Source: Macrostomum lignano
Taxonomy: Eukaryota
Direction: 5' to 3'
Length of the DNA stretch: 64,000 nt
Assembly: GCA_002269645.1 (NCBI GenBank)
Contig: NIVC01000630.1
Coordinates: 62,001-126,000, forward strand
The position numbers and the translations under genes were made by a program. The notes below the pieces were generated by a model. That model searched no databases and had not been told where the DNA came from. It saw nothing but the letters and a program-made list of their open reading frames with translations. This document shows positions 1 through 12,956 of the stretch, piece after piece; position 1 is the stretch's first letter, and each line of letters starts with the position of its first letter.

Positions 1-2661
1 GACGCCCGTGACTTGGCTTGATTTTCGTATTCGGAAATCCATGCGAGATATTGGTCATACATGTAGCAGCAAATCATACTGAGGGCACACAATATTTAAA
101 GTTTAAATTTATGGTCTTACATGTAAATGTAATTTTTTGTTGTCTTCACTTCTCTCGCACTTAATAGCCCCTCTTTGTTACTGCTTTTTGCTTAGTCCAT
201 GATGTAAGACACGAACGCGCTTACGAACGCTGGCTGTAGGACTTATTTAGTTAGCCGTTGAGAACTAGCGCAAAAGTAGTAATTGTGGAGTGTAGTCAAT
301 ACCTTAATATATTTGCTTCCAAAGAAATAAAAAATCCTGATTTTAATAACATCATATTTGTTTCGCAGAAAGATGTTTATCTTTGGAGGCCGGATTATGG
401 GAAGCGTTTGGCTATTCGCTACTTAAAAAAATAGTAGTCACGGTTCCATTGGCATCCTGAGCCAAAAATATTGATAGCAAAATGATAGTCATTTGTTATG
501 AATAACATTTTGACATCGCAGGTCCAAAGTCAACAAGATTCCACATCATCCTTATAGCCCCAGAGAACCTAAAAGCAGAAATGATAAACAAATCGACAAC
601 AAAAATCAAACAAAATTGATGCTGACGCGCACGAAGCAAACGGGCAATAAATATAGATCATAGGATGTAATATTTACTTGTTTATTTGTAAACTCACTTA
701 TGCATCAGATGGAGGGTCGAAACGCATAAAAATTGGATATTTTTGTTTTGATAAATAGATTTAAAAGAGGGCTGCTGTATGAGTCGGATTATAGGTCATA
801 TTTGTGTATTAAGAAGTGGCCAAGTTGATTTTATTTATTTACAATTCACTAAACAACAAAGACAGTGTTTAACGACAGTAGCACGAAACCATAGCGATAT
901 AAATTATCTATAAACGTTGAGACACTTAAATATTAAACATTGCCGTATGAACGAGACTTTATAACAAACAGACGTGTTGGTTATGCGAAAGCAGAGTGTT
1001 GCAAATTTGACTTTATTAACAATAGAGAATTCAAACACAGCTAGGTATATGCGCTAGATACGAAGAAAGAAAAAAACTGATGGATTATTTCTGATTCATC
1101 AAATATATATATATATTTACCTTCCTGTTCCTATTAGTAAATTATTCGAATTACTCCGATTCAGGCCCACTATCAGCTCGAGATGTCTTCGTGTTCGGGG
1201 GATTACTGACTCGTACCTTGCATTGCAACACTAGCAGCTGTAAAATACTATGGTTGGTTAATGAGGACTTTTTTAATCAATAAAAGAAAAAAGAAGCCTT
1301 CCGAGACATTGACGCTTACATTTTTTAGGAAAAGCAACAAGGGTAAACAGAAAAATATGAAACAGGAATAAGCAGATACATGACAAAAACGATTGCGAAC
1401 AATAAAGGGCAAAAACTCTAGAGAACTATCGAAGTGAAAAACACACCGCCTGTCTGCCGATTAAACACAATTTTAATTGTGCTGTTTAGTTTTACGATGA
1501 AAATCCAGACATTCACAAACGAAAGTCAACAACTTTATGGGTATCAGATAAGAAATCAACATTTAGTAGTAGCAGAAAAAAAGAGAAAATGGATGACAAT
1601 TGACAAGGGGGGGCAGTGTGTGATGCCTAATTTTACATACAATAATAGAAATATTAATTATAAGTAATCCTGGAAAAAACAGAAGCCACTTTGACTGCGC
1701 TTTAATTTCGACCATTTCAGCTAATTCTCTTTAACAACAGCTTCTTTGAGCAGCTGGTGAAGAATTTGTTTTAGCTATAAAACGACACCAAGTTTGTCAA
1801 GATCGAATCGGTCGGCTCGGCTCCTACGAGAGGGGCTTCCTAAATCACCAGTGTTCATTGGCCAAACACAAGCAGTTAATCAAATGCACAGTCTGTGCAC
1901 TCCGCGTAAGGATGACGGAAAGGGAAAGAGGGGACTGATCGATTTTATGGTCAAACCCTTCTCAATTCAAAGTTTATTAGGGTAAAACCCTCCTTTGCTT
2001 TACACTAGCCCAGGAATGGGGAGGGACTGGGGGTTTCTTCTGTGCATTATCGATTTTCTCGTCAACCCAGCCCTAGGCCCCAGCCAGAGAGTTAGTTTAT
2101 CCACAGTACACTCAGCCCAAGAGCGCATGTGAGTGGGGTGGTTGCGCTGGTGGGTTTTTTAATCGATTTTATTCGTGGCCAATTAACCTCGGCCCAATTC
2201 ACTGTCTAAGATAATTGCTTTCTTATCGACGTTTGCCGACATTTAGTGCACGTGACGAGTGAATGTTATCGATTTTCTAGCCAAGCCCCAGCTATAAAAG
2301 CAACAAAACTCTTTCATACACAGCCTTAGTTCCTGCAGAGTGGACAAGGTCACCCGTTTTCCAATAGCTCTGTTAATAATCATTAATTAATGACCAAATT
2401 CTACATGGGAATTTAAAGCAATCGATGATACAAAATTGCTTTTGTACAGTCAAATAAATAAGACTTGGCCTATTTTTTCTCTAGGACATTAATTTAATGT
2501 CAAAAAACTTTCCAAAGTCTTAACTTTATTAATTAATGTTTGCTTCGAAGACTTTGGCAGAGTGAAATCACATGTTAAAAACAACAGATTAGCTTTACTC
2601 AATAACAAGAGGGGTCGAGCCGAGTCGAGTGCAACAGAGAGTAAAGTCAAAAAAGAGAAAT

Positions 2662-5062
2662 TCACCATTCGGCGTCTCCCGTGGCCTTTTGAAAAACAAA
2701 ATCTTTGCCATTCAGATTCATGATGCCGTCCTTCAGGTGGAACTTCCACTTGTTCCTGGCCCGATTGATTTTGTCGTACTGGCACACAACAATGTTGTCA
2801 GTTTCAAATAGCCTGTCCGAGTCTTCGTCCGACACGTCGTCTGCCGAGTTAAGCGATTCCTCCTCCTAAGGTTTTTATTGGTTTGACGGGAGTTATTAAT
2901 CGTCCAAAATGAAGTTGCTTTTTGGTTCAATTTAAATGCTCAAGCCAAAGTACCAAACTTAAAGTGAAAATCCCTTATTAAAGATTATGATTCCTCCCTT
3001 CCTCCCGCACAAAGACCATTAGTAGCTGTGAGCTGCCTTTTCGAAAAAAACACCTACCAATATTGGATAGCACAGCAGCCCTAAAGGGAGTCAACAAAGC
3101 AAAAAACCCTATAAAGCTTTGAATTATAGCCTTTATCTAGGGAATACAATCCCAGGATGTTGATTAGGCCTAAATCCCGGGATCACAACTGTCCGGGATT
3201 CGAAAATCCCGGGATTGACCATCGGGATCCCGATCCCGCTTTACAATAGTTCAATCATTCATTCTCGAGTAGTAGTATCTGCAGCTGAGATAGTTATCAG
3301 GTGAAAATCATAACACAGTTGTCTTACTTTGATTTCTTAATCTTTCAAGAAGAGTAGAAGGCTAGAGGGATAATAAACAGAAGCTGTTAGCAGGTCGTAA
3401 GGGTATTTAAGGTGTAATAATGTAGAACTACTTTAAGAAGTCCCAACCTTCAAAATTCCTTGGTCGTAGTTGTGATTAGAACAGTGGGACCTTGCTATCG
3501 AACTACAACCTAAGCTACCAATTCTCCATCTAGGGCAGGTGCTCCTGAGAGGGTGAGGTCTGATCTAATTCTACATTGGTATCTCAGGCTATAGCTCTGT
3601 AAGCTATCATTCCCCAGGTTACATAACAAGTGTGATTTTCCTAAGCTGATGTAAACTGGCATGTAAAAAACGTCTATTACGCCAGCCTGTACATTACACT
3701 CAGTTTTACTTTTATCATTGACAGCCCTTTAAAATCAGGTTAGATGGCTTCGTAAACCAAGATTGCACCAACAAAAATTAGAAACCTTTTCAGTCCCGGG
3801 ATTCTGGAATTGGCAAAACTCGCGATTTTGTGTTTCCTACCTTCCACATTAGTTTTTTAAGAGTTTAAAAAGGAGCCTAAGGCAGCAAACGCATTACTAA
3901 TGATGATAACAAACTCTTAATATCAGAAGATACCAGTAGTATCCAACAGCCCTCCTCTCGAAGACTTAGCATATCAGCATTCCACCTTGAGTTTCAAATT
4001 CACCCTAAACTTACACTGAATGCGTCTTCGCCTCCACCAGCCGCTGCACCGCCGCCTGCGCCTTCAACGTCGTCCAATTCGCTATCGGAGTCCGGATCGT
4101 CAGAATGCAAGCCGTCAATTTGCGGCAGTTTTATCTGTTCCGGTTTGACGTGTTGCTGCTGTTGCTGTTGTTGCTGCTGCTGTTGCTGTTGTTGCTGCTG
4201 TTGTTGCGGTTGTTGCAGCTGGGTTGCTTGAGCCTGACTAACACCAAACATAAGCGACACTCTAGGCTGCTGCTGCTGTTGCTGCTGCTGTACATGCTGC
4301 TGCAGTAGCTGACCATTCTGCCCGGCTCCCAACTGCAAATGGTATTGCTGGCCAGTCGGCATCTGATAGACAGCCTGGTGTAAAATTAGCAAGTATTTTT
4401 ATTATGAATATAATTATAAATTAAAGGTGATGCACTATGGTTTCTAATAAACAAATAAAAAATTAGGCACTATTTAGTACCTGCATAGCGGTCCTAGTCG
4501 CAGGCGTAACCATAGTAACCTGGCCACCTTGCAACTGATGATGACCAGCAGCCTGATGCTGCTGCTGCAGCTGGTGCGGCCCAGCAATAGTCGATACGCT
4601 GGGGCCGCCGCCTCCAGTAGCTCCGGCAACGCTGCCGCCGCCGCCGCCGCCGCCGCCAATCACGGTAGTTTGTACCTGAGAACCCTGCGATTGGATAGCA
4701 ATTCGCTGACCGCCAACATTAACGCTAGTTGCGGGCGGTATTCTAATACCAGTCACTTGGGTGCCGCCAATAGAAACGGATTGGGCCGAAGCTATCGCCG
4801 CCTGTTGCTGCTGCTGTGTTGAAGCATTCCCAGCAGAAATCATGCCAGGATAAGCAGTTGCTGACATGGCCCTAACCTCAGTCTCGGCATTATCAACAGC
4901 GCCAGTTTCTTTTAGCTTAGCTGTCCACATCTTTTTCAATTCGTTCAATATATTGTCATCGCCGTATTCATCTTTGAATCGGTCCCGAATTGTTGACAGA
5001 ACATCATCTATGATGCTCTGGTAGAACTTCGGGACCGGGGTGCCTAGCTTTGCGGAAGACAT
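2662..5062 (-). CDS. GTF2A1: General transcription factor IIA large subunit (alpha/beta precursor), 3 exons, ~381 aa
   Basis: Exons (minus) 5062-4481, 4374-4015, 2865-2662 joined by GT-AG phase-0 introns. N-terminus MSSAKLGTPVPKFYQSIIDDV and C-terminus EEESLNSADDVSDED...NIVVCQYDKINRARNKWKFHLKDGIMNLNGKDFVFQKATGDAEW match TFIIA alpha/beta. Low-complexity Q/A/G linker; AATAAA on minus near 2525-2530. Confidence 0.95.
3138..3839. mobile_element. Degenerate hAT-like MITE relic in TFIIA intron 2
   Basis: Left end TAGGGAATACAATCCC followed by several ATCCCGGGAT motifs (3170-3240). Right end has CCCGGGATT (3794) and GCGATTTTGTGTTTCCTA, a decayed inverted copy. Flanks cctttatc/ccttccac match only 5/8. 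Confidence 0.4.
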
Positions 5063-5149
5063 GCAAAAGTTCACATTTTATCAATTTTATCAATATCAAT
5101 TACTGAATTGATATACAAATATTAAATAGCAATTTAATTATGAGACTAT

Positions 5150-8075
5150 GAGAAACTTAAGGACGATTATAAATGAGGAACTCAAGGACGATTCTAAATG
5201 AGGAACTCAAGGACGATTCTAAATGAGGAGGAACTCTGGGCGATTCTAAATGAGGAACTCTGGGCGATTCTAAATGAGGAGGAACTCTGGGCGATTCTAA
5301 ATGAGGAACTCTGGGCGATTCTAAATGAGGAGGAACTCTGGGCGATTCTAAATGAGGAGGAACTCTGGGCGATTCTAAATGAGGAACTCTGGGCGATTCT
5401 AAATGAGGAGGAACTCTGGGCGATTCTAAATGAGGAACTCTGGGCGATTCTAAATGAGGAGGAACTCTGGGCGATTCTAAATGAGGAGGAACTCTGGGCG
5501 ATTCTAAATGAGGAACTCTGGGCGATTCTAAATGAGGAGGAACTCTGGGCGATTCTAAATGAGGAACTCTGGGCGATTCTAAATGAGGAGGAACTCTGGG
5601 CGTTTCAAAATGAGGAGGAGCTCTGGGCGATTCTAAATGAGGAGGAACTCTGGGCGTTTCAAAATGAGGAGGAGCTCTGGGCGATTCTAAATGAGGAGGA
5701 GCTCTGGGCGATTCTAAATGAGGAGGAGCTCTGGGCGATTCTAAATGAGGAGGAGCTCTGGGCGATTCTAAATGAGGAGGAGCTCTGGGCGATTCTAAAT
5801 GAGGAGCTCTGGGCGATTCTAAATGAGGAGGAGCTCTGGGCGATTCTAAATGAGGAGGAGCTCTGGGCGATTCTAAATGAGGAGGAACTCTGGCGATTCT
5901 AAATGAGGAACTCTAGGCGATTCTAAATGAGGAGGACTCTGGGCGATTTCAAATGAGGAGGAGCTCTGGGCGATTCTAAATGAGGAGGAGCTCTGGCGAT
6001 TCTAAATGAGGAGGAGCTCTGGGCGATTCTAAATGAGGAGGAGCTCTGGGCGATTCTAAATGAGGAGGAGCTCTGGGCGATTCTAAATGAGGAGGAGCTC
6101 TGGGCGTTTCAAAATGGATGAACTCTGGGCGATTCTAAATGGATGAACTCTGGGCGATTCTAAATGGATGAACTCTGGGCGATTCTAATGGATGAACTCT
6201 GGGCGATTCTAAATGAGAAGGAACTCTGGGCGTTTCAAAATGAGGAGGAACTCTGGGCGTTTCAAAATGAGGAGGAACTCTGGGCGATTCTAAATGAGGA
6301 TGAACTCTGGGCGATTCTAAATGAGGAACTCTGGGCGATTCTAAATGAGGAACTCTGGGCGATTCTAAATGAGGAACTCTGGGCGATTCTAAATGAGGAA
6401 CTCTGGGCGATTCTAAATGAGGAACTCTGGGCGATTCTAAATGAGGAACTCTGGGCGATTCTAAATGAGGAACTCTGGGCGATTCTAAATGAGGAACTCT
6501 AGGCGATTCTAAATGAGGAGGACTCTAGGCGATTCTAAATGAGGAACTCTGGGCGATTCTAAATGAGGAACTCTGGGCGATTCTAAATGAGGAACTCTAG
6601 GCGATTCTAAATGAGGAACTCTAGGCGATTCTAAATGAGGAGGACTCTGGGCGATTCTAAATGAGGAGGAACTCTGGGCGATTCTAAATGAGGAGGAACT
6701 CTGGGCGATTCTAAATGAGGAGGAACTCTGGGCGATTCTAAATGAGGAACTCTGGGCGATTCTAAATGAGGAGGAACTCTGGGCGATTCTAAATGAGGAA
6801 CTCTGGGCGATTCTAAATGAGGAGGAACTCTAGGCGATTCTAAATGAGGAACTCTAGGCGATTCTAAATGAGGAGGACTCTGGGCGTTTCAAAATGAGGA
6901 GGAGCTCTGGGCGATTCTAAATGAGGAGGAGCTCTGGGCGATTCTAAATGAGGAGCTCTGGGCGATTCTAAATGAGGAGGAGCTCTGGGCGATTCTAAAT
7001 GAGGAGGAGCTCTGGGCGATTCTAAATGAGGAGCTCTGGGCGATTCTAAATGAGGAGGAGCTCTGGGCGATTCTAAATGAGGAGGAGCTCTGGGCGATTC
7101 TAAATGAGGAGGAACTCTAGGCGATTTTAAATGAGGAACTCTGGGCGTTTCAAAATGAGGAGGAGCTCTGGGCGATTCTAAATGAGGAGGAACTCTGGGC
7201 GATTCTAAATGAGGAGGAGCTCTGGGCGATTCTAAATGAGGAGGAGCTCTGGGCGATTCTAAATGAGGAGGAACTCTAGGCGATTCTAAATGAGGAACTC
7301 TGGGCGTTTCAAAATGAGGAGGAGCTCTGGGCGATTCTAAATGAGGAGGAGCTCTGGGCGATTCTAAATGAGGAGGAGCTCTGGGCGATTCTAAATGAGG
7401 AGGAGCTCTGGGCGATTCTAAATGAGGAGGAGCTCTGGGCGATTCTAAATGAGGAGGAGCTCTGGGCGATTCTAAATGAGGAGGAGCTCTGGGCGATTCT
7501 AAATGGATGAACTCTGGGCGATTCTAAATGGATGAACTCTGGGCGATTATAAATGGATGAACTCTGGGCGATTCTAAATGGATGAACTCTGGGCGATTCT
7601 AAATGGATGAACTCTGGGCGATTCTAAATGGATGAACTCTGGGCGATTCTAAATGAGAAGGAACTCTGGGCGATTCTAAATGAGGAACTCTGGGCGATTC
7701 TAAATGAGGAACTCTGGGCGATTCTAAATGAGGAACTCTGGGCGATTCTAAATGAGGAACTCTAGGCGATTCTAAATGAGGAGGACTCTGGGCGATTCTA
7801 AATGAGGAACTCTGGGCGATTCTAAATGAGGAACTCTGGGCGATTCTAAATGAGGAACTCTGGGCGATTCTAAATGAGGAACTCTAGGCGATTCTAAATG
7901 AGGAACTCTAGGCGATTCTAAATGAGGAGGACTCTGGGCGATTCTAAATGAGGAACTCTGGGCGATTCTAAATGAGGAACTCTGGGCGATTCTAAATGAG
8001 GAACTCTGGGCGATTCTAAATGAGGAACTCTAGGCGATTCTAAATGAGCAGGAACTCTGGGGCGATTTCAAAACG
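5150..8075. repeat. ~2.9 kb minisatellite with 24/27-bp units (GAG)GAGGAACTCTGGGCGATTCTAAAT
   Basis: Directly visible tandem array between the PSMB3 3' end and the TFIIA start; variant units interspersed. Confidence 0.97.
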
Positions 8076-8917
8076 ACCATGAAAAATGAACCTATAAAAT
8101 AAAAACACAAAAGTCTCTAGACACTATACTGGTTGATAGGCTCATTAGAACAAGGAGAGAACAATTTGTAGGCAAATTTTTATAATGATATTACTATTAA
8201 TGCGCACAGATTGTTATGTAAGTAAGACAGAGATATTTGAGGCGCTGCACTTAGCACACAAGTAAAGACCGCCCAGAGTTGCTTTAACCGAGTTGAAAAT
8301 CCCAAGCATTCATGGAACAACAGCATATTTCAATTACAAATAAAACATTTGCTTGCAGGATAATTGAAATAAATAACTAGGAGACAATTTAATTTAAGCA
8401 ATGTTTCACAAAAACCATTATGAAGCTTAGTTTGTTGGCCGACTTAAGAAAAACAAACCAAAGTAAGCGAACTTATTTAACGTTCAAAGGAATTGAACGT
8501 TTTCTTCATACTTTACCGGCTGCTGCTACTAGTTAGATAGAAAATCCAAGTAGTCACTATCGTACATTCTGCCCATTTGCTACAAATTGTTTGTTAAAAT
8601 ATATATTAACGGGTAACAATACTAATAAAGTAGAAGTAAAACAGAAAATCTGAAACTAACCAAAGCCTACTAATTAGACGCGTATATACGAGTACTATAT
8701 GTTCGTATAGTTTAGCTATTAATCCAATTAGCTCAGCAGATGCCATGGGATTAGACTCCATGGTATTAACAAATATGATCCCAAAACTTCAAACCAGAAT
8801 TGAGAACTCACTAGCTAAGCTCCTATCCCAAAAGCACTGGATGGTACCTGACTCCCAGACTCCAAAGGCCTACTTGTTATTATTCGAGTTCATGCCCCGG
8901 CATTGAGTCCATCGAGT

Positions 8918-9538
8918 CTAATCCATTCGAGCTTTGAGCGCGCGCACGGTGACCTGGTCCCGTTCAATCAGGTACACGTGACAGCCCCAGCCGCTAGCGG
9001 CGTCCCTATCGAAGGCATTCAGCATAGCCTGGCTGATACACTCGAACAATTCGTCTGGCGACATGTCCGGCTGCCATAGAGTCTCGCACATGCCGAACAT
9101 CTGCTCCGTGCAGGTGCCGCTAACGACAAAATCTTCCGGCTCCATTGGACAGCCAATCAGATCCATGGTGGCCACGTACGGCTCCAGGCTGATTGGATCG
9201 AGGCCGGCAACAACCGGTTCGACAAAGTAGGGGCCAAATCGGCGCTCGTACAACAAATTCGAAATCATGTTCATCAGGGTCTGCGGTCGGACAGACTTGT
9301 TCTCGCGCAGTTCGTACAGATTCTTGCGGAACTGCATCCGTTGAAACACTGTCTGCGTGTCCGTCGCCAAGCCGGGAAAGCCGACAAACAGACGGGGTCC
9401 CATCTGTTGCACCTTGTCGAATTCCATGCTAATGGTTTGCATTTGCACGCCGAAACGCAGGTCGCTGGCGATGGCTACGCAATTGCGACCTTTCATTGCC
9501 ATAACGCAGCCGCCGTTGTAGGACATTGGATTGGCCAT
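8918..9538 (-). CDS. PSMB3: Proteasome subunit beta type-3, intronless, 206 aa
   Basis: Single [35 protein letters not shown]...YERRFGPYF...DRDAASGWG, recognisable as PSMB3 over its full length. Confidence 0.97.
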   Translation of the reverse strand: MANPMSYNGGCVMAMKGRNCVAIASDLRFGVQMQTISMEFDKVQQMGPRLFVGFPGLATDTQTVFQRMQFRKNLYELRENKSVRPQTLMNMISNLLYERRFGPYFVEPVVAGLDPISLEPYVATMDLIGCPMEPEDFVVSGTCTEQMFGMCETLWQPDMSPDELFECISQAMLNAFDRDAASGWGCHVYLIERDQVTVRALKARMD

Positions 9539-9618
9539 GCTGAGATGTTTCGACTGACTGTCTGCAGTGCAGTTAACAATGGTTCACAACTGTTGGGGTT
9601 ATGCAACTGAAGAATTAA

Positions 9619-10876
9619 GAGGCTGGCCTAGCTACTGACACTGGGAGGCTGGCCCAGCAACTGTGGATCTGGCAGGCTGGCCCAGCAACTGGGGATCTGG
9701 CAGGCTGGCCCAGCAAGTGAGGATATGGGAGGCTGGCCCAGCAACTGGGGATCTGGCAGGCTGGCCCAGCTACTGACACTGGGAGGCTGGCCCAGCAACT
9801 GGGGATCTGGCAGGCTGGCCCAGCAACTGGGATCTGGCAGGCTGGCCCAGCAACTGAGGATATGGGAGGCTGGCCCAGCAACTGGGGATCTGGCAGGCTG
9901 GCCCAGCAACTGACACTGGGAGGCTGGCCCAGCAACTGGGGATCTGGCAGGCTGGCCCAGCAACTGAGGATCTGGCAGGCTGGCCCAGCAACTGAGGATA
10001 TGGGAGGCTGGCCCAGCAACTGGGGATCTGGCAGGCTGGCCCAGCTACTGACACTGGGAGGCTGGCCCAGCAACTGGGGATCTGGCAGGCTGGCCCAGCA
10101 ACTGGGGATCTGGCAGGCTGGCCCAGCAACTGAGGATATGGGAGGCTGGCCCAGCAACTGGGGATCTGGCAGGCTGGCCCAGCAACTGACACTGGGAGGC
10201 TGGCCCAGCAACTGGGGATCTGGCAGGCTGGCCCAGCAACTGGGGATCTGGCAGGCTGGCCCAGCAACTGAGGATATGGGAGGCTGGCCCAGCAACTGAG
10301 GATATGGGAGGCTGGCCCAGCAACTGTGGATCTGGGAGGCTGGCCCAGCAACTGACACTCTGGGAGGCTGGCCTGCAGCAACTGACACTCTGGGAGACTG
10401 GCCCAGCAACTGACACTCTGGGAGACTGGCCCAGCTACTGACACTCTGGGAGGCTGGCCTAGCAACTGAGGATCTGAGAGGCTGGCCCAGCAACTGAGGA
10501 TCTGGGAGGCTGGCTCAGCAACTGACACTCTGGGAGGCTGGCCCAGCAACTGAGGATCTGGGAGGTTGGCCCAGCAACTGACACTCTGGGAGGCTGGCCC
10601 AGCTACTGACACTGGGAGGCTGGCCCAGCAACTGGGGATCTGGCAGGCTGGCCCAGCAACTGGGGATCTGGCAGGCTGGCCCAGCAACTGAGGATATGGG
10701 AGGCTGGCCCAGCAACTGGGGATCTGGCAGGCTGGCCCAGCTACTGACACTGGGAGGCTGGCCCAGCAACTGGGGATCTGGCAGGCTGGCCCAGCAACTG
10801 ACACTCTGGGAGGCTGGCCCAGCAACTGACACTCTGGGAGGCTGGGCCAGCAACTGAGAGGGCGGCCCAGCAACTG
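9619..10876 (-). repeat. ~28-bp minisatellite family CCAGATCCTCAGTTGCTGGGCCAGCCTC, copy 1 (reverse orientation), upstream of PSMB3
   Basis: Plus strand reads GAGGCTGGCCCAGCAACTG(A/G)GGATCTGG, the reverse complement of the arrays at 44.7-46.0 kb and 53.7-54.6 kb. Confidence 0.95.
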
Positions 10877-12205
10877 AAAGTCTGCAGTCGCAGCAAAATC
10901 ACTAGCATCTAAGTAAAAGTCAATAAATGACACACGTGACAATAAGACGGTACTGTGTTGCATTATCACATTTATTTGGTATGTGTTGCAGTTGGGAACA
11001 AACAGATACGTGTAAAGGTACATCGAGCTGTCTATCAAAAGAAGAGATTTGGTTTCACACCAGACCAGTCGTAAGCAATGTAGGACTGATATAATAATAC
11101 GGTGCTCGTATACAAAATACTAAAAAAACAAACAATATTTGCAAGCCATTTACTCAGTGCTTTGCAGTCTGCCACACTAAAAGAAGATTTTGGTTGCATA
11201 AATTTACAATTTCAATAGACAGAAATTTTACCACTGAACAGTTTTGATAGAATGAAACATATAATATAGAAATACTGTTACGAAACAGCTCGCGCACAGC
11301 AGGGAGATGGATAAGCGTATTATAAAAGCGAAAAAAGACTAGGCGGTTATTAATAGGCTTTACTAAAGAAATCAGGCCTCCTGCTATACTACTACTACTG
11401 ATTGAGAACAGCAAATCGAAAGCAACAAAGCAATCAATTTCACAGGCGGGATAGGTGCTGACAAGTGCAAAATTATCAACTATAATATTATATCAAAGCG
11501 CTAGCGAAGACAGACTTGAACAGGTCACAATACAACAATATAAGCGCATTTCTAACACAACTGTATTGCCTACAGTAAGGTCAGAACACACGTAACTATA
11601 TTATTGGTAGGAATCACCCGCAACATTCTAATTCGAAAGCTTGTGCATGCGAGTCCTTTATGGCGTCAGTATTACGGCTGAGAACACTAACAAAAGACAC
11701 AAGGGTGCCTACTCAAGGGTTGCAGGGGGAATGAGTACAACTGATTGCTTCTACGCTGGCTAGGGGTTCCACAGACTCCCCTGAGCAGGCACACAAGCGC
11801 GCGGATACGTACGCAGTCATACGCACAGGCACACACTCACACAGGAGTGTACAGCGACCCTAACTTTATTTATAGTTAGGCATGTACACTTCACTGTGCC
11901 CTTAGGGGCGTTAATTGCACGAGCAGAGCCAAGCCGAGATTTCAATTTAGGTTCAAAATTAATGTGACTGCACTTGGAATCGAGCCTGGGCGCTGGCACA
12001 TCAGAGCGCCAAGCTACACGCACAGGGCTACGATCCCATACTTTTACAATTTGTTATCATGAAATCGCGACCTGGAGAGACTTTGAAAGCAAATGTGTGG
12101 GTTTACACCGCAACTGGAGACTGCGTGGGTCTAATATATGATTATGATGATTGTTATTACTGAGTCCTGTTTAATTTTCAGGACCTCCCGGTCGCCTCGT
12201 TTGCA

Positions 12206-12928
12206 TTATGCGCGCTTTGAAAGCACACCGCCTCCGCCTGCGCACCTGTGATTGACGCCGCCTTCACCGTCAGCCTGACAATCGAAATCGGCGCAAGGTG
12301 TCACCACAATATCCGGATGATGCATCTCGCTAGCGGAATGCAGCGTGTGATCTTCGCCAGGGGCTAACGAGGCCAAAGCGGACAGGACATCGTAACTAAC
12401 AACCGGCGCCTCCTCCAGGTGCTGCTCCCAGCCAACTGGCGGCGAGGCTGGCGGCGAGATCAAAAACATTTTATCCGGCTGAGGTGGTAATAAAGAATTC
12501 TCGCCAACACGAATAGCTGCCCAGCTAGCAAAGTAGACGGACACTTCGCAGCCAGCCACAGTCTGTCTGTGCAGTCTCAGCCTGGCTAGCAGGGCCAGCT
12601 CCGGCCGACTCATAGTCACCTGAGCTCGACGAAAGGTGCGCAAATAATTAAACTGACAATCGGCATCGATTGCTCGGAATAAAGATTCGAACTCTTTTCT
12701 AGTAGATTCGGACGAGAATACAGCCTGCGGCAGGCCGTTAACGGCTAGGGTTAGCGGCACTTCCTCTTCTTGTTGTTCCTCAGCATCCTCTGCTTCATCA
12801 GCTACACGCTCCGGATGCTGCTCGTCTCTGTCGCCAGTTTCCCTATCGTTGCCGCTGCCAGTGTCATTGAGGCCGAGGGCTCTCACACTGTCGGCAATGC
12901 CCTTATCAGTGCTCCCCTGTTGCTGCAT
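12206..12928 (-). CDS. RCAN: Calcipressin / regulator of calcineurin (RCAN/Sarah), intronless, ~240 aa
   Basis: RRM-like core (FNYLRTFRRAQV), LxxP motif, diagnostic FLISPPASPPVGW and PxIxIT-like PDIVVT. First in-frame ATG is at 12928; the ORF track starts at a TTG. Confidence 0.93.
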   Translation of the reverse strand: MQQQGSTDKGIADSVRALGLNDTGSGNDRETGDRDEQHPERVADEAEDAEEQQEEEVPLTLAVNGLPQAVFSSESTRKEFESLFRAIDADCQFNYLRTFRRAQVTMSRPELALLARLRLHRQTVAGCEVSVYFASWAAIRVGENSLLPPQPDKMFLISPPASPPVGWEQHLEEAPVVSYDVLSALASLAPGEDHTLHSASEMHHPDIVVTPCADFDCQADGEGGVNHRCAGGGGVLSKRA

Positions 12929-12939
12929 GGCATCGCTTG

Positions 12940-12956
12940 CATGCAATAAATTGGGT
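12940..12956 (-). other. Genomic spliced-leader relic ACCCAATTTATTGCATG upstream of RCAN
   Basis: 16/17 match, including a 14-nt exact run, to the M. lignano SL 3' end as recalled (ACTCAATTTATTGCATG). Sense strand, ending 12 nt before the start codon. Confidence 0.8.

Noticed and set aside
1434-1985. Short ORFs of 77 and 63 aa, and other 60-110 aa ORFs in AT-rich intergenic DNA
   Set aside because: Non-ATG or weak starts, no homology recognised, and composition unlike the real exons.
5198-6502. Long ORFs of ILNEE(E)LWA repeats
   Set aside because: By-product of 24/27-bp units (multiples of 3). Stops and frameshifts recur along the array, and there is no unique coding flank.
9536-9615. SL relic for PSMB3 (GCATG at the start; TTGCATA near 9600)
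   Set aside because: Only 5-6 nt match; the context looks more like an acceptor (CTCAG|CATG).
9615-11038. ORFs up to 422 aa over the 28-bp array (also at 44.8-46.1 and 53.7-54.6 kb)
   Set aside because: Open in several frames at once; pure repeat translation.
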